Shown: in pieces, positions 11,516 through 23,779 of the stretch
How positions within the stretch are numbered: the first letter of the stretch is position 1
How the letters are laid out: each line of letters starts with the position of its first letter
From: Chiloscyllium plagiosum
Taxonomy: Eukaryota
Length of the DNA stretch: 64,000 nt
Assembly: GCF_004010195.1 (NCBI RefSeq)
Contig: NC_057754.1
Span: 11,935,609 to 11,999,608 of the forward strand
Direction: 5' to 3'
Made by a program: the position numbers and the translations under genes
The notes under the pieces: model-generated
The model's input: the letters and a program-made list of their open reading frames with translations, nothing else
What the model was told of the DNA's origin: nothing
Database searches by the model: none

Positions 11516-11984
11516 TTTTTTTATTTGTCTAGATGCTGAATCCGATTATATATGGATATTATGCTCCATTCCTGTTCCCATTTCTGGTACCAGTACACAT
11601 GTATGACACTGGAGTCTGTTCTTCTTTAAGTTCTGAAAATAAATGTGTGATCTCAGAAAATTGATTTTGATTCAAAAGGCATTTTAGAGACAGCTACACT
11701 TGATGAAATAATATGAATAGTTTCTTAATTACAACATTGTCTGTGCGTTTTATGATGAAGCTTGTTATCTCAGGCTCTGAAAGTTTTCAACACGTTTCTC
11801 AGAATAATTGCAGCAAAAATGGTACCACACGCAGGCCATCATCTCTGTACCAGCTCAGAATGAACTATATCCTCACTCTATTTCTGCTATAACTCCATTT
11901 AATCGCAGACATTTTATTACCTGTATCTGTTTTTAATGCTGAATATCATGTTGAAATATAAACAACTTAACAACCTGTATAACC

Positions 11985-12501
11985 TGTGATGAAACATTCT
12001 ATATATATTAGATTTAATTCCATACATTACATTTAAAATTAAAAATAAATACAACGAACCGAACATAAAATATCCGAATAACACTTCCTATCCGAATCTA
12101 ACAGGCTATCACAACTTAATGATGATGTTCCAGATTGCTTGCAACAATTCCAATAAACAAACCCCTGAGGACAAAGAGCAAAAATTACACAAAACACTTA
12201 CAGGTTACGAAGTCGGAGGGCAGAAGGAGGGGGAGAGCAACCAGTTTCAACAGTGATCCTAACTCAACTAACCCTCGAAATGAATTGACATGTGCAGCTG
12301 AAGATCTGGCCACGTGTCCTTGATTGTACCAGTATTTTTAAAGATTCTAAAGACTTCTTCCCGAGGCATTACCTGTTAAGTATAAACCAAAGGATCCCAA
12401 CGAACGATTCAAAATTGAGAAATATTCGAACCTTGGTTCGGTTTGAACCTCTCTGAAAATAGTAAAGGACAACATGATGTAAAGAGACCGCCTTTGTGAC
12501 A
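11985..12501 (-). repeat. 3' LTR of the Gmr1-like element
   Basis: On - strand, polypurine tract gtggggtgggaggagt immediately precedes TGTCAC at 12501; ends ...catcaca at 11985. Confidence 0.65.
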
Positions 12502-14355
12502 ACTCCTCCCACCCCACATGATAAAACTGAATCGTCAATATCCAAAGATGGCTTCAGTTTTCAAAACCAAATAGTGGTTACTACACTAAAACACACATAT
12601 ACGTTCACTTACTATAAACATGCAGCATGAACAGCTGCATCCGGATTCAATGCATGGCACTCCCATCATTGAGTGCTGTGACCTGTCTTTAAGTTCTCGA
12701 CAGTGCATCGACAATCATGTTTTCAAGACCTGCGACATGCAAAATTCTCAAACTGAGTGGCTGTAACTGCAGCCTCTGGCTAAACGGTCCAGCATTTTCG
12801 TTCTTAAATATTTCCATAATCTTAAATGTGTTTCGATCAGTGTATATGGTTATCTCAGATGTGTTGCTGGTAATATAAACACTGAAATGTTGGAGTGCCA
12901 ACACGAAGCTCAAAGTCTTTTCCTCAGCTGTTGAATATTTCTACCAAATAACGTTCACCTGCTGGAGAAATGTCCAATAGGTCTTTCTATCTTCTCGTCA
13001 TCTTCCTGCACGAGCATAGCACCAATGCCCATATCACTCCCATTTATAGCCACTTTGAAAGGTTTTGTGTAATCAGATGTGGCTGATACTGGGGCAGTGG
13101 TTAACACATTTTTCATGCTGTCAAATGTCTTTTGACAGTCTGTTGTCACCTGAAACTCTTTGCCTTTCTTTCGCAATTCAGTGAGTGGAGCATCCACGCT
13201 GCTAAAATTAGGCACTAACTTTTGAAAAAATCCACTCAATTCCAGGAACTGTAGTAATACTCCTCTTGTCAATGTTACATTCCATGGCACCATTTATCTG
13301 TGCCCATGGCCCAGGAAAGTGACTTGTACTTTGGCAAATTCACGTTTAGCTCGGTTTATCACGAAGCCTGCCTTCCGAAGTTGACCAAACAAGTCTGGTA
13401 AATGTTGTAAATATTTCTTCCATGAGTGACTAAAAATCACCAGGTCATCAAAATACACCACATATTGGATAATCCGGCAAGTTATTGGTTAGTCTCTGAA
13501 ATGTGGCTGTCACGTTTTACATAAAAAATGTAAATTGCTGGTCTCACATTTTCAACACAGTCTTGCAACCGCAGAAGTGGATATGCATCAGTCTTTGTAA
13601 CTGCATTAACTTTGCGATAGTCCACACATAACTGTTGGGCAATATCTGGCTTTGGCACCATGGCTATGAGTGAGTTCCAGTCACTGTAACGCACTTTGAT
13701 TCTGCCACCTTGGAGCATGTGTTCAATCTCCTTCTGAACCTGTGCCAATTTTAGAGGGTTATGCCTGTAAGGATGTTGCTTAATTGCCACAGCATCTGCT
13801 ATATCTACATTATTCACAAATAGGTAAGTACTTCCCAGTTAATTTCCGCATATCTCCTATGTGATATTAATAACTCGCCAAGGTCATTCCGATTATTTGT
13901 CAGGAAGGTAACTCAATAATTTATCCCAATTTTAAACAACTTCCTTATTGTCCAATTTAACTTGAGGAATGTCCAATTCAGAAGCCTCTGAACTTGGTTC
14001 TTCTTTCTTTGTTGTCATTATTATCACCTTCACCTCTTTTTTTCTTCCCTGTCAAAACACATTTTGAGCATATTCATAATACACAATCTGTGAGATATCT
14101 TTCTGTCTGCAGTCCCTATCAAGTATTTACCCCCACTCAATTTCATTTGCATTTGATAAGGTCCACTAAACCTTGCTTTTCAAGGTTCACCTATTACTGG
14201 AAGTAACACTAATACATTATCCCCGACAGTAAAATTGCAAATATTTGATTTCCTATCCGCTTCCTGTTACATTGCAAGCTGCAATACTTTTAAATGATAT
14301 CGAGCCAACTCCTCAGCGCTATTATTCGTTCCAAAAAATTTGAGACCTGGTCCAA

Positions 14356-16515
14356 TTTTAATGGTATTAGGCAAGAACTTTCGAAAGCTGATTGGAGGTA
14401 GATGATTGCAGGCAAAGGGACGGCTGGAAAATGGGAAGCCTTCAGAAATGAGATAACACGCATCCAGAGAAAGTAAATTCCAGTCAGGGTGAAAAGGAAG
14501 GCTGATAGGTATAGGGAATGCTGGATGACGAAAGAAATTGAGAGTTTGGTTAAGAAAAAGAAGGAAGCAGATGTCAGGTATAGACAGGATAGATCGAGTG
14601 AATCCTTTGAGGAGTATAAAGGAAGTGGGAGTATACTTAACAGGGAAATCAGGAGGGCAAAAATGGGACATGAGATAGCTTTGGCAAATATAATTAAGGA
14701 GAATCCAAAGGGTTTTTACAAATATATTAAGGACAAAGGGTAACTAGGGAGAGAATAGGACCCCTCAAAGATCAGCAAGGCGGCCTTTGTGTGGAGCCAC
14801 AGGAAATGGGGAAGATGCTAAATGAATATTTTGCAACAGTATTTACTGTGGAAAAGGATATGGAAGATATAGACTGTAGGGAAATAGATGGTGACATCTT
14901 GCAAACTGTCCAGATATACAGAGGAGGAAGTGCTGGATGTCTTGAAATGGTTAAAGGTAGATACATCCCCAGGACCTGATCAGGTGTACCCTAGAACGCG
15001 GTGGGAAGCTGGAAAAGTGATTGCTGGGCCTCGTGCTGAGATATTTATATCATCAATAGTCACAGGTGAGGTGCCGGAAGACTGGAGGTTGGCAAACGTG
15101 GTGCCATTGTTTAAGAAAGGTGGTAAGGACAAGCCAGGGAACTATAGACCGGTGAGCCTGACCTCAGTGGTGGGCAAGTTGTTGGAGGGAATCCTGAGGG
15201 ACAGGATGTACATGTATTTGGAAAGGCAAGGACTGATTCGGGATAGTCAACATGGCTTTGTGCATGGGAAATCATGTCTCACAAACTTGATTGAGTTTTT
15301 TGAGGAAATAACAAAGAAGATTGATGAGGGCAGAGCAGTAAATGTGAACTATATAGACTTCAGTAAGGCGTTCGACAAGGTTCCCCATGGGAGACTGATT
15401 AGCAAGGTTAGATCTCAATGAATAGAGGGAGAACTAGCCATTTGCATACAGAACTGGCTCAAAGGTAGAAGACGGAGGGTGGTGGTGGTGAAGGGTTGTT
15501 TTTCAGACTGGAGGCCTGTGACCAGTGGAGTGCCACAAGGATCGGTGCTGGGTCCTCTACTTTTTGTCATTTACATAAATGATTTGGATGAGAGCATAAG
15601 AGGTACAGTTAGTAAGTTTGCAGATGACACTAAAATTGGAAGAGGGTTACCTCTGATTTCAACAGGATCTGGACCAGATGGGTCAATGGGCTGAGAAGTG
15701 GCAGATGGAGTTTAATTCAGAGTGCTGCATTTTGGGAAAGCAAATCTTAGCAGGACTTATACACTTTATGGTAAGGCCCTATGTAGTGTTGCTGAACAAA
15801 GAGACTTTGGAGTGCAGGTACATAGCTCCTTGAAAGTGGAGTCGCAGGTAGATATGCTAGTGAAGAAGGCGTTCGGTATACTTTCCTTTATTTGTCAGCG
15901 TATTGAGTACAGGAGTTGGGAGGTTATGTTGTGGCTGTACAGGACATTGGTTAGGCCACTGTTGGAATATTGCGTGCAATTCTGGTCTTGTTCGTATCGG
16001 AAAGATGTTGTGAAACTTGAAAGGGTTCAGAAAAGATTGACAAGGATATTGCAAGGATTGAAGGATTTGATCAATTGGGAGTGTCTGAACAGGCTGGGTC
16101 TGTCTTTATTGGAGCGTCGGAGGCTGAGGGGAGACCTTATAGAGGTTTACAAAATTATGAGGAGCATGGATAGGATAAATAGAGAAAGTATTTTCCCTGA
16201 GGTCGGGGTGTCCAGAACTAAAGGGCATAGGTTTAGGTTGAGAGGGGAAAGATATAAAAGGGACATAAGGGGCAACCTTTTCACGCAGAGGATGGTATCT
16301 GTATGGAATGAGCTGCCAGAGGATGTGATGGAGGCTGGTACAATTGCAACATTTAAGAGACATTTGGATGGGTATATTAATAGGAAGGGTTTGGATGGAT
16401 ATGGTCCAGGTGCTGGCAGGTGGGACTAGATTGGGTTGGGATATCTGGTCAACATGGACAGGTTGGATCGAAGGCTCCGTTTCCATGCTGTACATCTCTA
16501 TGACTCTATGAGTCT
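14356..16515 (+). mobile_element. 5'-truncated, fairly young CR1 LINE inserted in the Gypsy integrase
   Basis: ORFs 14888-15421, 15479-15694, 15722-16429 with RT motifs ([27 protein letters not shown]); tail tctctatgactctatgagtcta. Confidence 0.95.
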
Positions 16516-16568
16516 AAATGCGTGACCATTGAAAACTGATTTACTAATTACTTCTTAATCAATTTTAA

Positions 16569-16871
16569 TTAGATTAGATTACTGGAAACAGGCCCTTCGG
16601 CCCAACAAGTCCACACCGACCCGCCGAAGCGAAACCCACCCCTACATTTACCCCTTACCTAACACTGCGGGCAATTTAGTATGGCCAATTCACCTGACCC
16701 TGCACATCTTTTTTTGGACGGTGGGAGGAAACCGGAGCACCCGGAGTAAACCCACGCAGACACGGGGAGAACGTGCAAACTCCACACAGTCAGTCGCCTG
16801 AGGCGGGAATTGAACCCGGGTCTCTGGCGCTGTGAGGCAGCAGTGCTAACCACTGTGCCACCGTGCCGCCC
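16569..16871 (-). mobile_element. HE1-type V-SINE, well conserved, inserted in the Gypsy integrase
   Basis: GGGCGGCACGGTGGCACAGTGGTTAGCACTGCTGCCTC..GGTTCAATTCC (A/B boxes), V-domain, CR1-like tail and TAATCTAATCT. Confidence 0.95.
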
Positions 16872-19699
16872 ACATGGTCCTCTCATGTCATTCCCAAAGA
16901 CTAACTCAAATAGACTAAATTTGTTCGATTCATTTGATGCATCTCTGATCACAAAAAGCACAAAAGGATTTCCCTTACCCTAATCATCAGGATAATCCTG
17001 ACCATAAGCCCTCATCATGGTCTTTCATGTTTCATGTCACTTTTCTAGTGCTCCCTGCGATTTTGCGTGGTACGCAGTAGATTTGAATTGCTAAGCGGTC
17101 CTTAACTTCCTTGAATAGTTTGGATGTGAAATTTGAACTTTGATCTCACTGTATCTCGATTGGAAGTCCGTATCTATTTATTTTTTTTAAAAGACGACTA
17201 ATTCCTCTCGTTCTTTTAAAACGCTACAATCGTTTTAGCTGTGAGATTGCATCTGGGAATTGATCTAACCAATTAATTAAGATTCTTGGAAAAGGTTCCT
17301 CAAACACAGGAACAGTTATTAAAGTTGCAGGTCTTATTACCAGCTGTGGTTATCCAATTACCTGACATGTATGCCACGTCTGGCAAACTTCAACTACATG
17401 CTGGTGCCGTAGAGGCATGCAAAAATGTATTTGTATTTCAGCCTGTGTTTTCCTCCAGATGGTCGCTCATGCGCCACTCACATCACCTCATTTCCATACT
17501 GCATTGGCAATAAGATTTGATGCATTAATGCCCATTTCTCATCTCCTTGAATATTTGATAGTCTCCATTTCCTTATAACGACATCATTTTAAAGGTAATA
17601 ACACTCTGGGATCCATTCAGAATCCCGAATTTACATGCTTCTTTGTTATAACTGCATTACATTTTAACTTTTCTGCTTTAACTCAATTAGTATAGGTGAA
17701 CTAAAAAAAAAATGCATGAAACCCTGTTTGCTCCTACTTCGTCTCACCTATTTGATAGAATAACATGTCTGCTAATGCCACTTCATCTTCCTTATCTTTG
17801 CATTTTTGATTTTTCCTGTTTCAACTGGTGACATTTGGACCTTGTTACCCCACAATCAGGAAAGATTACAGATTAAGACTCCTGCATTGCTTCTGTTGCC
17901 TGTGTCTGTGCTGCCTTTTCAACCAAAGTAGGAAGCACTTCTACGGGTGAATCAGCTGTTGATGTCGCAAAGACAATTTGTATTCCTGGAGCTGTCAGTG
18001 TGTCCAATACTCCAACCACAATTTTCCACACTCTTCTTGACACTCTGCCCTTGCACTTTCTGTCTCACCATGTATTCCTTTAATAGTACCTTTTCTGGAA
18101 ATAATCCTTCCGGAGTACATATCTCCTCATTTTTCAGCATCCAAGGTTGAGAGGATCCTGTGTCCCTTAATATCACATTTTCTTTACCTACTACTCCTGG
18201 ACTATGTGAATACACTTTGCAGGTAATTTTATAAACAGATCCGGCACTTCCTCCTTCACCAATCTTCAATAAGCTTGCACACTCTCATGCAGCTTTCTAG
18301 CTTCCTCTGTGCTTTCTGTTACCGCTCCAACAAAACCCCCAGGCTTATTCTGTTTTCCTACATCTGTTTTCTTTTTGCTAGCCCACCAACAGATTGACTT
18401 CATGTGACCTAAGTTATTGCAATGAAAACACCAGAGCTTTTCTAACTTCATTGTACTATTCACGGGTTTCCTTTTTATCATGTAGTAAGTTGTTCTTATG
18501 ATCTTCACAGTGATCTACCTTTCCCTTTCCACGTGAGGATTTATCATTGGTCCAATTTCTATCCCTCATGGACTGAAATTGATTCTGGAAGCCAAACTGT
18601 GTTGTATGGATCAATTCATAATCATCTACTACTTCAGCTGCTAACCTTGCTGTTTTCACTCTCTGTTGTTCCAAATGAGTTTGCACTATGTCAGGCAAAA
18701 ATTTTTTGAACTCCTCCAAATTATTTGTCTCTCGACGAGCATCGTAGATTTTCTTGATTTTAAAAGCTCTTGTCCATTTATCAAATTACTTTGTTTGATC
18801 CTTTCAAACTCAAAAATAAGTTAAATCTTTAACGAACGTGTATGTTGAAGTAAGGAGTATTTTTTTTTTGTTGCTGTACTGAGTCTGAGCATGCCAAGTC
18901 AATGGATATCACCGCTTCCTCCCATTTAATTTTATCTCTGCAGTAAAACGCTCATTGAGTCTTTTAGAGCTGCACCATTTGCTGTTTTTAATGTCAGGAA
19001 TTCATGTTCATTTTTCACACGTTTTACAAGCATGCTAAACCGCATTCCTCTCTGACCATTAAACTCAGGAAACAACAGTGCGATTGCTGATTCCCAACAA
19101 CTAGAGAACCAGAGAAGGCTTTACTTCTTAACACTGCTTGTGATTTTTCGTTCAAAACCTGAGAAAAAATCACTGAATTTTAAAAGCAATGGGCACAGTC
19201 CCTTCGTCCCATTATAGCATTGACAGTCGTCACACATGGTACGTCTGAACCAAGATTCCAAAACTTGACCTTGTGTGTTCAAATGCGTTTTAAACGTTCA
19301 TCCAAATATGAATTCCTTGTCTTGAAGGCTGCAGCGGAACAAATAAAAGCTCCTTGAACCAATAACAGTGAGCATTGTTGTTTGTTGGAACTTGCACTCT
19401 CAGTTTTCCTCCTTGAAGAAGTTTCTGAAAACCAAAACCTTTCTTAGAGCCGATTGCCTGTTTTCCTTATGCCGCCAAGTATGGGTTTAAATCCATCAGC
19501 TTACGAGGAAAGACTGTCCTTTCCAAAATCTCTGCTCATCTGTTGTTTGATTTCCCTTAGTGTCGATCACCACCAGTTCTCCCTCTGTCTAATAACAATC
19601 CAGAACGACTATTTCACATCAGGTCCAATTTAACCAATTAGTTTAAATTATGTCACAATTATTAAAACCCAATCGAAGGAGACTTAGCGTTTTCAATAT

Positions 19700-19871
19700 T
19701 TGTTGTTTAATGTTCAGTTTTAGAATTACAGAATCAAACTGATAAACATTTGTTAAATACTGGAATTTGAGTCGCTCTTTGTCACTTTTACATGAACAGA
19801 TTATGAGACGAGGTGAGAGTTTCTGTGTGTTTGGTTTCGTTAGCAGAAAGGTTTACCATGGTGTCGTTACA
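19700..19871 (+). repeat. 3' portion of a Gypsy LTR
   Basis: Similar to 45650-45815; ends gtgtcgttaca. Confidence 0.5.
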
Positions 19872-20989
19872 TAGAGGAAGACTGCATTCGGTTTGGTCTG
19901 TCCATGTTTCTAAAGAGCGACACAGGTGACACCGTAATTGAAAGAAAGACAATGGCAGACAAACTGCAGAATTACTTTGCATGTATCCGCACACAGGATT
20001 GATTTCTCGTGACATAGATGGGTATGCAATGGCTGGGAGAATACTGCCCATATCTTTCGACAATGAAAGTCCCAGCCTATACTTTGGAAGTGGAACACTG
20101 ATCGAGGACAACTGCCATTTCAGGAAATGCAGTCTAAAGCTTGAACTCGATGACACATATTTTTCGGAATCCTACATTTTTTACACCTGTTTTGTATTTT
20201 GTCAGCATGTTCGGCTGTTCACAAAAATATTTCTGCGTTGATAGAGCTCATAATCTAAACTTAGGGCCAGACCATTCAAGATGCATGCTCAGAAGCACTT
20301 TCAACCACAAAATGCAAAAGGCAGGAAAATGGATTTGGTCTCCGATTATCCATGATTTCTTTAAATTCTGGAACGGCATCGAAGCGCTCAATGGTCTACT
20401 CCTGTTACAAAATTCCTCCAATCTTTACTGTTTCCTTATCATATATCTCCAAGATTCCACTGACATTTTAATGAGGAAGCAATAATGTCGTTGGCCTCTG
20501 ATGGTTTAATTTAATTCAGTGAATGGCTTTTCAACAGTTACCTGGCCTTGATAAGAGATGTAATTGTAGTTTGTTAGTGTTGTCCACTTGCCAATGTTAG
20601 GAGAATAAGCGATTTTTAATCTCAAATCATACATTTGACACCCTCATTGCACAATGTTCCATTGAATATCGTTTTTTTTAGCTGAACATTGACTTTTCAT
20701 TCCACTGGCAGAGTAATCACATTCGAAGCGAGTTTACCTGCTGTTCTGAATATTAATGCCTCAGTTGCTGGTACAAAGTGACAATTACGTGTGAACGAGA
20801 GACACGTTTGTAGATGTGTCTTAAAGTTGACTGAGTGGAGGCACTTAAAATTTTTCCGCTTCTACTCATGTCCTGACACCAATAAGTGACTCAATCACAG
20901 ATGGCCAGATGTTTCATTAATCAAAAGAAACCGATCCATAAAAGAGACGGATTTGATTCATATTTAATCTGCCTCCCGGATGTGAGAAT

Positions 20990-21372
20990 GGAGTGCACAT
21001 GTGTGCGATCACAGGTGATCAGGGCAGAGAACAGAAAAAATTAGGGATTTCAAGGAATGGTGGAGATCTATCCACCAGTGTCAGAGAGGAGCTCACTACC
21101 TCTCCCATGTCCCTATCAACTTAACATTGAATCTCTGGAGGAAGATAACATTAGTGAGAATTAGGACGATGTGAAAAATCAAAGTGTTCCCATGATAAAC
21201 GGAAATTTATTAACAGACAGTGGTCATAGATTTTACTGTGAGACCTAAGAGGAGGCAATTGAGAATGATAATGATGGAGCTCACCCGAAAATAATATGAG
21301 TTTACTCCGACCTCTCCATATGTAACATCCACGATCCTTACCCTAACTGCAAGGAGGAGGACCTGGATAATG
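20990..21372 (+). pseudogene. Candidate decayed coding exon (acidic)
   Basis: Near-open frame NIESLEEDNISEN*DDVKNQSVPMING...CKEEDLDN ending at donor G|GTGAGA. Confidence 0.35.
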
Positions 21373-21582
21373 GTGAGAAATTTCCTTATATTTGAATCAA
21401 TTCGCTGCTAAGGCAGGCTGGTATTTGCAAACATCATATAATCACAAAATTGGTTTCAGGAAAAACATACACATTTTCGAAACAAGTGAATTTATGGCTG
21501 CGTAACTGACTCTTAATCTTTTCACAGTCTGTTCACTGGAGCACCAAATAAGTTTCTATGTGCCATTACTATTTTTATCTAG

Positions 21583-21880
21583 TAGGCTGTCACGGTGGTT
21601 TGCACTGCTGCCTCACAACGCCAAGGATCTGGGTTCAACCTCGGCCTTGGGTGACAGTCTGTGTGGACTTTTCACAATCCCCACTTGTGTGTGCGCATTT
21701 CCTCCTACATTTCAAATATGTCCTGGTGAATTGGATTGCCCACAGTGTTCAGATTTATATTGGCTGGTCATGGGACGTGTACTCTTGGAGGGTAGAGGGG
21801 TGACTCTCGTAGGGACGCTGTCCAGTAAGTTGGTGTGGACATGTTAAGCTGAATGGCCTATTTCCCCACATCAGGAATGT
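21583..21880 (+). mobile_element. Old V-SINE
   Basis: ggctgtcacggtggtttgcactgctgcctcacaacgccaagg..gggttcaa. Confidence 0.8.
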
Positions 21881-22369
21881 ATAATGCTAAAATTTGTAAT
21901 CTTGTCAGATGAACACATTGAGGGGTAGCGTTCAATTGCTGATGAATCGCGTGGCTCTTTCAGATATCAGTATAGTATCTTGTTTAATTTTCCCATCAGC
22001 AAATACTCTCTTTCTCATCAATTCGAAAAAAAAGCACAACATTCAGCTCTGCTAAATATAGAACAAGAATGTTGCCAGGGAAACCAGTTCGTATGAAACA
22101 TTTTTCCTTTCTGTTAATCTCAAAGTTATAAATCTGTTTCCCACATTCTTCCTCGTGTTCCGACAAAATCGAAATTCTGGTATGGATAATTAATTTATGA
22201 AGCTATTTTAAAAAAAAAATGCATATGGAAACAGTGATGTGCTTGATAATTCAATTTAGTCAATGATTCTCTCAAATAATTAATCACAGTATAGTTGTAC
22301 AACTAGATTGAATATGAGATATTAGTGCCATGTTCTTGACGGACTGTGTGGAGATTCAATGACTAATTT

Positions 22370-22745
22370 TGAATCACAGAATTGTTAACGTGCAGAGGAG
22401 GTCATTCAATCCTTTGGGTCAACACCATTCTCCGAATATGCTTTCTGATTTTGTGTCATTTCCCTGACTTCTCCCACTGTAATCCTGTCATGTTTCCTTA
22501 TAAAATAATCTTTTAATGCCCTTGACTGATAAAGCCCAAACCACAGATCCATAAAACAATTCCACATCTAACGACTCTCTGTGTGAAGTTTATTTCTTGC
22601 ATCACATTTTCTTCTTTTGTAATGTTTTTGAATTCTCCACTCTTACTCTCAAAGCTTTTCCGCGTGGGAACACTTTCTCACCATCAATTCTGTACTGTAC
22701 CCTCATGATTTTGAAAATGTTTTTGAATTTCCTGTCTGCTTTCTC
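22370..22745 (-). mobile_element. CR1 3' end fragment
   Basis: IFKIMRVQYRIDGEKVFP (ORF 22602-22796). Confidence 0.65.
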
Positions 22746-22870
22746 CAATTTAACGTCATGGCTGAAATGCTTCAATACCGGAGACTGTCGTTTCAATGTC
22801 GTTTCTCCAATTTAACGTCATGGTTGAAATATTTAACTGCCGGAGACTGTTGTTTCAATGAGATTTCTCT
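22741..22870. repeat. 62-bp tandem duplication
   Basis: ttctccaatttaacgtcatgg..ccggagactgt.gtttcaatg at 22741 and 22803. Confidence 0.9.
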
Positions 22871-23149
22871 AAACCTGCCAGTTTTCCCTTCGTTCCTGTT
22901 CTCCCGCTTATACTCAATTGCATGTGGAATCCATCTCGTGAGCCATCTTGCTTTCTGCTTCACTTCATGCTGATTAATTAACTCTAATTAATACTGGGAA
23001 GATTTAAGGCAGTGTTTCTAATCTTCAATACTGTCCACAGTCGCTCTCTGTTTTAACTTAACGAGATTCTGCTTGGAATGTTCACGCTGTGCCTGTTACC
23101 GTAAGAAACTATGCAACTGATGCTCACTCAAAGCAATAAACAGTCTTAT

Positions 23150-23505
23150 TTGGACTTTTACGCCAACATTGGGTATTTGGGACACTCCCAGTGTTAGTAA
23201 GCCTCCAGTTCCAGCCAGTCTGGCTCCAGCCCGTGGTTTGTGTCTGCACCAACACTTCACACAATACTGCACATGTACGCTAAACAGGTGATTGACAGCG
23301 GCACCTGTCCAATATGAGTAGGGGCGAAAATATTAATCCACCAAACGCATAGCGAACGAGGATGAGGCTCGTGTCGTCGCAGACATGCTGGAGAGAAATT
23401 CACTCTGTCCTCACTCATAATAAGCCAGACTGGAAATGAGCTACTTATCTCAAAGATTGTCTGTCATGGGGCAGACGGGGCCATCCAGCACAATCAGTGC
23501 ACAAG
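23150..23505 (+). pseudogene. Candidate decayed exon
   Basis: Non-repeat, CpG-containing; frame ..RIANEDEARVVADMLERNSLCPHS**ARLEMSYLSQRLSVMGQTGPSSTISAQ ends at donor AAG|GTAAGA (GT at 23506). Confidence 0.35.
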
Positions 23506-23779
23506 GTAAGACTGAACCATTGTTAATAATCTCAAGACAGAAGTGTGAAATGATGGAGACCCTGGACGATTCTATATCAGTTCGCCCACCCCGAATGTGC
23601 CCAGCATTGATATATCAGAATAGCAGGCGGTCATTTGGGCCTTCAAGCTTGTCTTTCCCTTCGATATAATGATTGATGGTCATCATACTCAATGCCCTGC
23701 TCCAGCTTTCACAACAGCGTATTGTAACCACGACATTCATATTGATACAAGTTTATTAAAAATGCCCAGTTGTGATGAG

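Larger units (their letters stand above)
11985..19680 (-). mobile_element. Gmr1-like Ty3/Gypsy LTR retrotransposon, decayed; order gag-PR-IN-RT-RH
   Basis: SCAN-like gag EEFKKFLPDIVQTHLEQQRVKTARLAAEVVDDY; knuckle CFHCNNLGHMKSIC; PR ILRDTGSSQ; IN CQTWHTCQ..EEPF..FELVFG..GPY (about 17400-14000); RT IKQHPYRHNP..LCVDYRKVN; RH KPFKVAINGSDMGIGAMLVQ..ENMIVDALSR. Confidence 0.9.

Noticed and set aside
14888..16429. Longest true ORFs as host genes
   Set aside because: Frameshifted CR1 ORF2 fragments
16800..16871. tRNA-like A and B boxes
   Set aside because: These are SINE heads followed by V-domain and LINE tail, not tRNA genes; the same applies to the other SINE copies
20075..20105. YFGSGTL resembles an Ig/TCR J-segment FGxG motif
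   Set aside because: No upstream RSS (GGTTTTTGT..CACTGTG) and no splice donor at the expected position
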